In this document: one piece after another, positions 37,724 through 46,267 of the stretch
How positions within the stretch are numbered: the stretch's first letter is position 1
How the letters are laid out: each line of letters begins with the position of its first letter
Source of the DNA: a phage
DNA length: 64,000 bases
Assembly (NCBI GenBank): GCA_011939005.1
Contig: GCA_011939005.1_4858.1
Reading direction: 5' to 3' (one strand)
Translations under genes and position numbers: made by a program
Notes under the pieces: model-generated
Told to the model about the DNA's origin: nothing
Database searches by the model: none
The model's input: only the letters and a program-made list of their open reading frames with translations

Positions 37724-38212
37724 CTATGCTACCGCAGTCCTTAAAGGTTCATCTGCTTCCGCAGGAACCTGCTTCGTAAATTCAAGCCATTGTCCGTCGG
37801 TAGAGACTGTCTTGTCAAAACCGCGAGCGGTAAAGAACGCAATACCAGCTTCCTGGCAAGCGTATATTCCCCCATGCGCATTGGTGAACTGTTCGTTCAC
37901 TTCAAGCGCATCAAAAATCTGCGTCATCGTTTTACGACGGCGTGCCATTTCAGACACGAACATCGTACGAATCTTCAGAACCCCAGCGATTACGCGATAC
38001 AAACAGTAACCAACAGGGGTACCCCCTTCCAGAGCAACACAAGCACGGTTCCCCGCCAACAGTTTCTCCAGAGTGAGGTTCGGAATCTCACCTTTTTCGA
38101 TATGGAGTATGGTACGTTGGTGGTTCAGAAATTTATAATGCAGCCCCAACAGCTGTTTATTTTGTGCTTCCGTTAAATCTGAAGATGAGGAAAGAATGAC
38201 AATTTCGGCCAT
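37724..38212 (-). CDS. hypothetical protein
   Basis: Track start 38239 is GTG without RBS; ATG at 38212 has RBS agga. Confidence 0.5.
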   Translation of the reverse strand: MAEIVILSSSSDLTEAQNKQLLGLHYKFLNHQRTILHIEKGEIPNLTLEKLLAGNRACVALEGGTPVGYCLYRVIAGVLKIRTMFVSEMARRRKTMTQIFDALEVNEQFTNAHGGIYACQEAGIAFFTARGFDKTVSTDGQWLEFTKQVPAEADEPLRTAVA

Positions 38213-38655
38213 GAGCTGAATTCCTAAGTGAGCTTTCACCTGCGATGAAAGCGAGTAACGAAGAATTGCGTTTGTGTTTTCTTAAGTTTACCGGTAAAGC
38301 TTAGCGGTGTATACCGCTGCAGGTAAAGACCAGTTCTCTATCGGAACCGTGTCTTTGATCAACAACGTCGTTGAAAACGCTGCGATGCTGAGGTAACCTT
38401 CCGTCGCCACATTCGCTCATGGCGCTTCTGATTACCACGCCAGTCTTCCCCGACTGTACGTGAAACTGCAAAATCATCCGGCCCGCAGACTTCCGCGATG
38501 TCTGCTAGAAGGTTCTTTGAAGACCCTATAGCCATCCCCGCGCTCGAAAGAACGATACGCCGGGTTGACACGGCCGCCCCTGAACCCACGACCACGGGAT
38601 CAGAGACTGTTTCACTGTTACATGATACTTCTCCCACTTCGTAATTACCCTCCTG

Positions 38656-38763
38656 TTAAAACCAACCTTGCATCAATGCAAGGATTGCGCCTAGGGCGTA
38701 TGCGCCCGCTCCTAGTATCAGGCTACAGACGATACACCCAACCCTTTTCACTAAAATAACCAT
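38656..38763 (-). CDS. tiny hydrophobic peptide (35 aa)
   Basis: Hand-translated MVILVKRVGCIVCSLILGAGAYALGAILALMQGWF; below ORF-track size cutoff; overlaps next tiny ORF (ATG inside the upstream stop region). Confidence 0.3.
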   Translation of the reverse strand: MVILVKRVGCIVCSLILGAGAYALGAILALMQGWF

Positions 38764-38882
38764 GTTGCTACAAACGCTCCGATTGCGCAAATGATAAGCG
38801 TGATACCAACATCTGTCCATGTGGCACCGTCATACGCACCTGTTGCAATCATGGCTGCGTTGACACTATTCACGACTGTCAT
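38751..38882 (-). CDS. tiny hydrophobic peptide (43 aa)
   Basis: Hand-translated MTVVNSVNAAMIATGAYDGATWTDVGITLIICAIGAFVATWLF; below ORF-track size cutoff. Confidence 0.3.
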   Translation of the reverse strand: MTVVNSVNAAMIATGAYDGATWTDVGITLIICAIGAFVATWLF

Positions 38883-39069
38883 AAGCCGGGTCCCTTAAAC
38901 GCGGGGGCTTGCTCCACAGATTACCGAAGTAAACCCCTTCTAAGAACACCAAAACAACTAAGCCCCAAAAGGCAGGCGTAGCGCGAGACATGAAAATACC
39001 GAGTAGCACCACAGTGTGCATTACCACAACTGCCCAAAACTTTAAACGACCAGGTTTACGTCTTGCCAT
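38866..39069 (-). CDS. small membrane protein
   Basis: Track start 39114 is GTG; ATG at 39069 has RBS aaggatgg. Two hydrophobic helices. Confidence 0.4.
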   Translation of the reverse strand: MARRKPGRLKFWAVVVMHTVVLLGIFMSRATPAFWGLVVLVFLEGVYFGNLWSKPPRLRDPAYDSRE

Positions 39070-39156
39070 GGAATGCCCATCCTTTCGTGCGGATAATCCA
39101 ACCCCAGGCACCACGAATCAACCACAGTGCAATACCGGTTAATACGATACCTTCAA

Positions 39157-39348
39157 TCATGTCCGTTCTCCTATATCTCGCCACTCACAACGCGTGTCGA
39201 ACAGACGTTCTTTAAGAGCAGCAGCTAAATAAACGACCGCAGCGATAACCACTACGGTTGCACAAAAGGAGAGGTACAGTACCATCACAACAAACTGAAG
39301 GAACTGAAAACCCCACCAAGCCCATAAGCGCCAACCTTTATGATGCAT
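39157..39348 (-). CDS. small membrane protein
   Basis: 63 aa, Trp-rich N-terminus and one hydrophobic helix (VVMVLYLSFCATVVVIAAVVYLAAAL); start overlaps the stop of the Rad50-like gene. Confidence 0.45.
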   Translation of the reverse strand: MHHKGWRLWAWWGFQFLQFVVMVLYLSFCATVVVIAAVVYLAAALKERLFDTRCEWRDIGERT

Positions 39349-41848
39349 ATTTGATTATTACCCCTTCGTTATACACCGGTGGAAGCGTTACACCTTCTGG
39401 TTCCACGACACAGTAGGTGGCTTCGTTAAGTTTAGAATGAACTTCCGCTTCATGCGAAACGACCAGCAATTGAGAAAACTCTCCCGACAACGCCAACGAT
39501 TTAATGAAGTTAACTAATCGGTTTTTGTGTTCTTCATCCATGCCTTCAGATGGTTCATCCAATAACAAAGGATAATTTTGTAAACCAAGTGCTTTATACG
39601 CCGTTAAACGAAACATCATGTTGAAAATGATACGCTGTGCTTTTGAACCTTTCTTCACGTCAGGCACCAGTTCTTCATGGTCTTTTAATCGCACTGGGAA
39701 TGTATAATCCAAATCCCCGTCGGTTAGATCGCATGGAATAACCTGCATCGGATATGCCCACACCATTTCGATATACCGATTCATTAAATCCATGATGCGG
39801 GTAATCGCAGCATAAAAGTAACGACGCAATAATCCTTTTTCGGGTGAGACGGCATTGATAATCAATCTGGCATGATGGTGTTCTTTGAGCAACTCAGCTT
39901 GCTCTTTTTCCAGTTCCGCTAAACGTGCAATAGCCCCTTCCATTTGACGAAACCGTTCACGAGCTGAAGTATACGCATCGAGCTTCGCTTCGCGTCGGTT
40001 TAACAACTCGCGAACCACGACGTTGTTAACGGAGATGTTCATTTCCGATACCAGATGTTCGTAGCCCTTTTGGAAACGTTCGATTGCTTCTTTGGTTTGT
40101 TGCAGTTGGGTGGTTTCGCGTTCCAGCTCATTGGCTTGTCTGCGGTATTCTATCAGTCGTCGGTTAGCCCCGTCCAGTTGTGAACGGATATGTTCAATTT
40201 TCTGGCTCAGCGCACCATCAACGTTACCTACTGCAGCAACAGCCTCTTGCCATTCCCGTTCCGCTGTTGCAAGCTTCGCCGATTGACGCAGATACATCAT
40301 GGCCGAATCTAACTCTTCAGTAAAGGCACGTGCAATGGCACCGTAACGATCCCGCGCCGTGGTGAAGATATCCAGCTCCTGCAGTTTACGGAAAAACAAA
40401 CCGATAACGGGATGATTGGAATACGACATGACGATTTCGCGAATCGTACGTAAGCTACGGACGTCCTCTTCAATCTCTTTGCGGTCACGCAAAAGACTAT
40501 CCATTTCGTCTTTCAGCTGTTTTTTCCAACCTTCATTATCGTTGATGGCCTTTTCAATTTCAGGTAACGACTTACGAATCCCAGGACGGAAACGGTGGTT
40601 ACACTGTGGACAATCAACTTCTGCAGTTTCTAAGAAGTGTTGACGGTCGTGGTATAAACCGTGTAGCACATTCTCACAACGTTGCAACTTTTCAGATAGA
40701 CCCGCAGAGGTTAAATCCATACCCTGTAAACGCTTCTCTAACGCTCCCAGGCGCTCTGTTGTCTTTAACTGGTCCAGATGCATGGACAACGGTAAATTCC
40801 AGTTACAGGCGTCGTTTAACGCGTTCTGAATGCTATCCACGTCGATGCGGGTACCTTCAAACAGAGCCGGGAACATCCAGTTCTGTTGGAATGTTGCCAG
40901 TTCCTGTTTTAAGCTGTCGATTGTTTGTTTTAGACCGGTATGGTTGCGCATCAGATACGCTTGACGCGACTCCTCATCCAGTAGCTGTGACAACTCTTTA
41001 TTGTACATGTTGCATTCAGTTTCAGCAGAGGCAGCTTGCTCGCGCCAGGCAACCACACGACTTTGAAACTCGTTAATCAGTTCGTCAGAAGGCAGAACGC
41101 CATAACGTTCCATAATGAGTTTTACAGCCGGTTGCAACGAAGCAATGCGTTTCCGGATACTATCAACCGAAACGGCGTTATCTAAACCGGGTCTCGCTTC
41201 AATGGTGCGGTTTAGTTCCTGAAGCTCAACGTCCAGTTCTTTCAAACGAACTTCCAAACGTGCACGATCTTCTTCATCGTCAACGACGCGCATTTTTGCT
41301 TCGCCGATTTTTCGTCCGGTGTGCTCAATGGCCCCACTTAAACTGGAAGCGAGTTTACGCAGACGACGATAACAACCAACAACGTACGTCAGATCAGATT
41401 CTGACATTAACGTAAACCATTTACGACGAACTTCAGTGGTGGCGTCTGTTAATAAGGTCTCACCATTAATTAACTCTTTGATTTCTTTGGTGATTCCGGT
41501 TAATTGCTCCACCATGGAGTTGTAAACTTTAGCGTTTACTGAATCTACGATGGAAACACCTTTAGTGATGTTGAAGATACTACAAGACAAAGAAGACCCA
41601 CGTCGCAGGACTTCAAACTTAAGACGGTCGTCCCCAACTAACGCGTAGTTAGTGTAGGAACCACCTTCACGGAATTCTGATTTTGCTGGAGCTAAGGGGA
41701 GAAAAACAGATAGGAGGCTTGTTTTACCGCAGCCGTTGCCACCGAGGATGATGGTAACGGTTGACTTAAGGGTGAAATCAAACGTTTCGATTTCATGTAA
41801 CCCCATGCCGGTAAATCCTTTCAAAATGATACGTTCGACCTTGAGCAT
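39338..41848 (-). CDS. Rad50/SbcC-family ABC-type ATPase with coiled coil and zinc hook
   Basis: 836 aa; Walker A ILGGNGCGKTS; long Glu/Leu/Arg-rich central region; CxxC hook DCPQC; C-terminal Walker B LLLDEPSEGMD and H-loop VVSHEAE. Confidence 0.8.
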   Translation of the reverse strand: MLKVERIILKGFTGMGLHEIETFDFTLKSTVTIILGGNGCGKTSLLSVFLPLAPAKSEFREGGSYTNYALVGDDRLKFEVLRRGSSLSCSIFNITKGVSIVDSVNAKVYNSMVEQLTGITKEIKELINGETLLTDATTEVRRKWFTLMSESDLTYVVGCYRRLRKLASSLSGAIEHTGRKIGEAKMRVVDDEEDRARLEVRLKELDVELQELNRTIEARPGLDNAVSVDSIRKRIASLQPAVKLIMERYGVLPSDELINEFQSRVVAWREQAASAETECNMYNKELSQLLDEESRQAYLMRNHTGLKQTIDSLKQELATFQQNWMFPALFEGTRIDVDSIQNALNDACNWNLPLSMHLDQLKTTERLGALEKRLQGMDLTSAGLSEKLQRCENVLHGLYHDRQHFLETAEVDCPQCNHRFRPGIRKSLPEIEKAINDNEGWKKQLKDEMDSLLRDRKEIEEDVRSLRTIREIVMSYSNHPVIGLFFRKLQELDIFTTARDRYGAIARAFTEELDSAMMYLRQSAKLATAEREWQEAVAAVGNVDGALSQKIEHIRSQLDGANRRLIEYRRQANELERETTQLQQTKEAIERFQKGYEHLVSEMNISVNNVVVRELLNRREAKLDAYTSARERFRQMEGAIARLAELEKEQAELLKEHHHARLIINAVSPEKGLLRRYFYAAITRIMDLMNRYIEMVWAYPMQVIPCDLTDGDLDYTFPVRLKDHEELVPDVKKGSKAQRIIFNMMFRLTAYKALGLQNYPLLLDEPSEGMDEEHKNRLVNFIKSLALSGEFSQLLVVSHEAEVHSKLNEATYCVVEPEGVTLPPVYNEGVIIKYAS

Positions 41849-41901
41849 GTTTGCCTTCTAATGAGAAAGTATTAGTCGTTCATATCCAAAAGGTCATGCG
41901 T

Positions 41902-41934
41902 AAAAAAGAAGAAATGGAACCCCGAAGGGTTCCA
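41902..41934 (-). terminator. rho-independent terminator
   Basis: Stem tggaaccc / gggttcca with loop cgaa; A-rich run 41901-41914. Confidence 0.55.
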
Positions 41935-41944
41935 GAGAGGAGAG

Positions 41945-42571
41945 TTACTGCGGAATAAACTTACGGTGTCCGAGCGATTCCCAAAAACTGTCGGTGCGCT
42001 CTTTGGTTAATTCATACCACGCACGCCCGGCATCAGAATCGACAACCTTTAACGTTTCAGTAAGCAGGAATTTGAACAGTTCAGCGCTACGACCGGGTGC
42101 CACGCCGTCGAGATATATCGGGATTAAATAACCGGTTTTGATTTCTTCGTACGGTTGCGATTGGTGCTGGCCAACAACCCAGGCATCAGCAGCGCTACCG
42201 ACCAATGTGGTGTTTACAGTTAACTCATCAGAAATCCAGTTAACTGTATCAGCCATTATTGAATCGCCATTGACGTAGAAGAAAACTAAACGTTTAGGTT
42301 GCTCCACCGAACCAGCCAAATCTAATGCAGTAGTTCCGGTGAAGATCGTATTATTGGGATTACGTTCTGCAATAGGTAGAGCAAACCACGCTTCGAGCTG
42401 CCCCCAGCTACGCGGCAGTGCTTCTTTAAACCACTTCACCAATCGCGGGTATTCCAGAAACCCTTCTACCTCTTCTTCCATCAGATTGATACGCAGTTTG
42501 GTATCCTGACGATTCGCTTTCTGACACGTCACCATGTCGTCGATGAAACGAATCAGGGTAATCTCGTTCAT
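41945..42571 (-). CDS. hypothetical protein
   Basis: 208-aa ORF, ATG with RBS gaagga; no metallophosphatase motifs (not an obvious Mre11/SbcD). Confidence 0.55.
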   Translation of the reverse strand: MNEITLIRFIDDMVTCQKANRQDTKLRINLMEEEVEGFLEYPRLVKWFKEALPRSWGQLEAWFALPIAERNPNNTIFTGTTALDLAGSVEQPKRLVFFYVNGDSIMADTVNWISDELTVNTTLVGSAADAWVVGQHQSQPYEEIKTGYLIPIYLDGVAPGRSAELFKFLLTETLKVVDSDAGRAWYELTKERTDSFWESLGHRKFIPQ

Positions 42572-42589
42572 GTTTAATCCTTCTTCAAC

Positions 42590-42618
42590 AAAAAAAGAAG
42601 GTAGCCCGTAGGCTACCT
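42590..42618 (-). terminator. rho-independent terminator
   Basis: Stem aggtagcc / ggctacct with loop cgta; A-run 42590-42596. Confidence 0.55.
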
Positions 42619-42625
42619 CTCGTAT

Positions 42626-43126
42626 TTACAGCCCCATATGCATAAGGGAAATGATTGGGACCTTACGGCCACGAATCATTGCATACGGTTCGTACATTTG
42701 TGCGTTAGTTTCGAATAACTCACAGGCCGGAATACGGTCACCGGTAGAGAGTTGTAAGACCTCAATTTGGTCGCCCCAGAAGTTATTCACTAATACGTGG
42801 TCGACAGTGTTGTCTTCACGACCTTCAGGGGTTTTGCAATAAGTGGCTGCATCGTACCAACCTTTGCGGTATACTTCATATCCCGCATGAAGCATCCGGT
42901 AGTACGGACGTAGCTGTGGGGCATTCAACGCAGCATCTAACCATTCGCTGTGGATGCTGTTAATCAGTACGGTTGCTTCTGCTGGCCAGTCGGTGCGATT
43001 GAGGGTTAACTCGCCTAACAACTTCAACTTCCAACCAGTAGAAAGAATAGCACGGGTACGTTCAGGGTTAACGTTCATCTGAGTAAAGAAAGAAGAACGG
43101 GTATCGTCGAGAATGTTCATGTTCAT
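42626..43126 (-). CDS. hypothetical protein
   Basis: Track start 43192 is GTG; ATG at 43126 has RBS aagga. Confidence 0.5.
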   Translation of the reverse strand: MNMNILDDTRSSFFTQMNVNPERTRAILSTGWKLKLLGELTLNRTDWPAEATVLINSIHSEWLDAALNAPQLRPYYRMLHAGYEVYRKGWYDAATYCKTPEGREDNTVDHVLVNNFWGDQIEVLQLSTGDRIPACELFETNAQMYEPYAMIRGRKVPIISLMHMGL

Positions 43127-43255
43127 TTGCTTAATCCTTACGGGTAATAGTCGATTAAAAAGGACCCTGCGGCTAAGTGTTGGGGAGATCACCGCAGGGC
43201 CAAAGTGAGATGGGTCGTCATCTCACGTTATAACATCTGTCTGAAAACTTTTCGG

Positions 43256-43639
43256 TTACTGGTCGAGCGCTATTGAACCACGCACTTCGCCTTGTTGTTC
43301 AATAACCAGGAGGCGCTGTTTGGTTTTCGTATTGTAAGCGAGCGACGCGCGAAGCGTCGGGTCGCACGTTATTGTCTCTACCGGCACAATCTCTTGTGCC
43401 TTTGAGTTCAACAGAAAGTAGTAACCTGCCGGACAAGTTTCCTCGCCCTTTGCGTGGACTAGGATGTACTCGTCGTGCCGGCTGACTTCTTCACATCTAC
43501 CATCGTCGCCAGTACAGACTTCGAATGAAGGCGGGTTGTACTGATACGGTGTGCCCGGCAGTAAATCTTCTACGCTGGTTGTAGCTGAAGCGGAAGCGGT
43601 CAAGAACACCGCCGCGATAATACCCATAAATCCACGCAT
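43256..43639 (-). CDS. secreted Cys-containing protein (paralog family member 1)
   Basis: 127 aa; signal peptide MRGFMGIIAAVFLTASASA; motif ETCPAGYY; ATG with RBS aaggaaa. Confidence 0.5.
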   Translation of the reverse strand: MRGFMGIIAAVFLTASASATTSVEDLLPGTPYQYNPPSFEVCTGDDGRCEEVSRHDEYILVHAKGEETCPAGYYFLLNSKAQEIVPVETITCDPTLRASLAYNTKTKQRLLVIEQQGEVRGSIALDQ

Positions 43640-43652
43640 GTTGTTTCCTTAC

Positions 43653-44063
43653 TTAAAAGTCGAGTTTATTGATGCCTACGTTTTTCTTAATCGTAGGGTC
43701 GTACATGATAACCGTCAGGGCATTGTCGCCTGGGTCGCGAGTAAACTCGGCAACGGCTTCACCACTGCAGGCTTGGTTATCATTATAGTTCATGGATTCG
43801 GCTTGCCCGGTTGCCATGTTAATAACCCCGTATTCAGGGTCGCCACATGCGACACCGCCCATCGTTTTCACTAACAGGTAACGGTTGTTATCGGACATCG
43901 CAACGATCTGGCAGCTACCGCCTTGTACGTCAGAGTTCTGGCACCAGAACTGTCCGCCGTATTCGTGATCGTTAACAACTTTTGGTAACTCGATACTTCC
44001 AGCGCGAGCGAAGAAGCTAATGGCCAGAGTAGCAAGTAAAACTGGTAATAAAAAATGTTTCAT
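43653..44063 (-). CDS. secreted Cys-containing protein (paralog family member 2)
   Basis: 136 aa; signal peptide MKHFLLPVLLATLAISFFARA; motif VACGDPEY; RBS gaggtg. Confidence 0.5.
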   Translation of the reverse strand: MKHFLLPVLLATLAISFFARAGSIELPKVVNDHEYGGQFWCQNSDVQGGSCQIVAMSDNNRYLLVKTMGGVACGDPEYGVINMATGQAESMNYNDNQACSGEAVAEFTRDPGDNALTVIMYDPTIKKNVGINKLDF

Positions 44064-44085
44064 AATAGCACCTCAATTTTTTGAG

Positions 44086-44577
44086 TTATTCTGAATAGTC
44101 GATTGTTTTGATGGTTTCCATACCGTAGTACATAGCGATGGAGGCCAGAGTTTTGGTATCAGGTCGCTGTACAAAACCGGCCCTGAAATCTTTGCTGCAA
44201 ATTTTCTCCACTGATAGTTCATCACGATTAGGGATAAGCCATAACGCGTCACCGTTGTGACGGTCGACTGCACCCCACCAACCACCTGGGCAATCTTTAT
44301 CGCCCGGACGGTGTACGATAGCGACACGTCCGTTGAAGGATATGTCAACTACACGACACTGTTTCTTAAGCAGCTTACGCGCATTGCACCAGAACGGCTT
44401 ATCATTAAGATTGATGGTGCGGGTATATGCTGGAATGCTGCCGTTAATACTGCCCTGGAACCCGCTGAATTCGTCAGCGCGTGCCTTAGAAATCCGTAGC
44501 CCAACAACAACTGCCATCAACAGCACAGTAAAAAGCACCACCTTAATCAGGTGGTGATTAACGTTATTGCATTTCAT
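44086..44577 (-). CDS. secreted Cys-containing protein (paralog family member 3)
   Basis: ATG at 44577 (RBS ggaga) gives N-terminus MKCNNVNHHLIKVVLFTVLLMAVVVGL; motif KDCPGGWW. Confidence 0.5.
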   Translation of the reverse strand: MKCNNVNHHLIKVVLFTVLLMAVVVGLRISKARADEFSGFQGSINGSIPAYTRTINLNDKPFWCNARKLLKKQCRVVDISFNGRVAIVHRPGDKDCPGGWWGAVDRHNGDALWLIPNRDELSVEKICSKDFRAGFVQRPDTKTLASIAMYYGMETIKTIDYSE

Positions 44578-44965
44578 TTTTGATATCTCCACGAATGAGG
44601 GTGATGCGACCAACGAGCACATCGTTGTGATAAAAACTCACAGCAACCAGATCTGGCAATTCCAACGGCGATACGCTGACCGAAGTGACTTTTGGTTGAT
44701 CGCACGATATGTCGATTAATCGCTGATACATTTTCAGTTTCTTATCAGCGATAACCAGCCCTGTGCAGTTCTTACCATCCGTCAGTTTGTAGATTTGTAA
44801 CTGTTCGACCTCACGCATCAGTTCCGGTTTTTCATTCGGTGCAATGCCATAATCCGAATCAGCTGATGTGTATTCAGTCACGTCTGGCTTATCGAAAGCA
44901 TAAGTTGCTGCGATACCACATGCGGCCAGAACTACTACTGCTTGTAAGAACTTCTTGATAGTCAT
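44564..44965 (-). CDS. putative lipoprotein (paralog family member 4)
   Basis: 133 aa; signal peptide with lipobox VVLAACG; motif KNCTGLVI. Confidence 0.5.
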   Translation of the reverse strand: MTIKKFLQAVVVLAACGIAATYAFDKPDVTEYTSADSDYGIAPNEKPELMREVEQLQIYKLTDGKNCTGLVIADKKLKMYQRLIDISCDQPKVTSVSVSPLELPDLVAVSFYHNDVLVGRITLIRGDIKNEMQ

Positions 44966-44990
44966 GTTTTACTCTATAGTCGATTGGTTT

Positions 44991-45020
44991 AAAAAAGAAT
45001 AGGCTACCCGGAGGTAGCCA
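44991..45020 (-). terminator. rho-independent terminator
   Basis: Stem taggctacc / ggtagcc(a) with loop cgga; A-run 44991-44996. Confidence 0.5.
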
Positions 45021-45069
45021 TTGAGTTAATCTCTTAACTCTCACCTAAGTAATATATATCTGAGATATT

Positions 45070-45657
45070 TTACAATGTGAACGTTGTGTTAAGAATACGA
45101 AAACCCAATGCTCGCTTAGCGATTTGCATATTTGCAGGCGTGAAGTCCACCAGTTTGATTTGAACGATCGATAAATCGTAAAGCTTGTGAAGCACTTCGA
45201 TTTTGTGTCGCCAATCTGTTTTTTGGTGCAGCTCTATCGTCGTTGGTATCTCGCCTAGTCTCGGCAACTGTGCTCCAAGTAAACGATGATGGACTTTACC
45301 GTTTATAGTTGGGGTGCCTTCCGTGACCATCAGTCGCGCATCGATGTAGTTATTTCGCTTAGCGTACTCCATAAAAGTTTTGACATTTATCTTTTCCTCG
45401 TATAGAATGCTGCGAAAGTATTCGTAAATGATGTGTCCTGCCTCCCTACCGCTTTCCGAGTCCGGAATAACCTTATCGATGAAAATCGCAGAGACCACTT
45501 CGTTCCCACGCGAATGCATTGTAATGACCCTGTCCCCGTGCTGCGCAGAAGTTATTAACCCACTTACATCAAGCCCCACTGGGAACAAGCCGCGACTACG
45601 CATTACGTGCAGGTCTTCTAACCTGTTCTCTTGCAGTCGTAAAATACGTTCTGTCAT
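45070..45657 (-). CDS. hypothetical protein
   Basis: Track start 45666 is GTG; ATG at 45657 has RBS gaggtg. Confidence 0.55.
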   Translation of the reverse strand: MTERILRLQENRLEDLHVMRSRGLFPVGLDVSGLITSAQHGDRVITMHSRGNEVVSAIFIDKVIPDSESGREAGHIIYEYFRSILYEEKINVKTFMEYAKRNNYIDARLMVTEGTPTINGKVHHRLLGAQLPRLGEIPTTIELHQKTDWRHKIEVLHKLYDLSIVQIKLVDFTPANMQIAKRALGFRILNTTFTL

Positions 45658-45690
45658 ATACCACACCTCAAATTAATTTGAGTTAAGTGT

Positions 45691-45731
45691 AAAAAATAAG
45701 AGGACTCCAGTAACCCTCGTGGTTACTGGAG
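45691..45731 (-). terminator. rho-independent terminator
   Basis: Stem ctccagtaacc / ggttactggag (45705-45731); A-run 45691-45696. Confidence 0.55.
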
Positions 45732-45736
45732 ATAAA

Positions 45737-46267
45737 CTACACACTCAACGTTTCGATGAAAGTGATGCGCGCTGGGTGAAATGTGTGATAAGCAGTCACC
45801 GGCGTGTGCGGGCCTTCGGCTGCGTGTATTGCGCCATCGTATCCGCTCAACAACAGATGGTCATATATCCCACTGCAGTTATACGCCACCGATGCCCACA
45901 GAGGTAACTTGTCAAACTCTTTAGGGTGTTGGTGATAAATTTCCATTAAACCCTTTTCAGGATGACGCTCTTGGATACGCACCCACTCATTCGTTTTAGT
46001 GAGCAGCCTCCCTTTCTTCTGTGCCACTGTCTGGTATTGATGCGGGGAAAGAATATCGCGGAAATTACCCATGTCGACAAATGGGTCGGTTGGATCGTTG
46101 ATAAACGGATTGGTGATTTCCAAAGAAACGTGGTTGATTAGCCAGCTGGGATTCGCTTTAACGATTTCGGCAGGCACATCGATGTCTTTATAAACAACCT
46201 GTGAACGCGACAGGTTGGCTTCAGCAAAAGGTTTATCAGTAACAACGTAGCCTTCGAGTTTCATCAT
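45737..46267 (-). CDS. hypothetical protein
   Basis: 176-aa ORF, ATG-ATG start, coupled to upstream gene. Confidence 0.55.
   Translation of the reverse strand: MMKLEGYVVTDKPFAEANLSRSQVVYKDIDVPAEIVKANPSWLINHVSLEITNPFINDPTDPFVDMGNFRDILSPHQYQTVAQKKGRLLTKTNEWVRIQERHPEKGLMEIYHQHPKEFDKLPLWASVAYNCSGIYDHLLLSGYDGAIHAAEGPHTPVTAYHTFHPARITFIETLSV

Noticed and set aside
37724-38212. GNAT acetyltransferase assignment for the 162-aa protein
   Set aside because: No convincing acetyl-CoA binding motif (Q/R-x-x-G-x-G/A) could be identified; left as hypothetical.
38359-38637. 92-aa minus-strand ORF with GTG start in the ORF track
   Set aside because: Translation is low-complexity (Ser/Arg/Gly-rich), there is no RBS, and it sits in a hairpin-rich region; treated as probable non-coding DNA rather than a gene.
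41945-42571. Upstream neighbour of the Rad50-like gene as its Mre11/SbcD partner
   Set aside because: The 208-aa protein lacks the metallophosphatase motifs (D-x-H, GD-x-x-D, GNH[DE]) expected for Mre11/SbcD.
43155-43199. Hairpin ccctgcgg...ccgcaggg downstream of the secreted-protein gene as a terminator
   Set aside because: The loop is about 19 nt and the flanking U-run is weak; it also lies within the N-terminal extension of the track ORF 42626-43192, so it was not annotated as a terminator.
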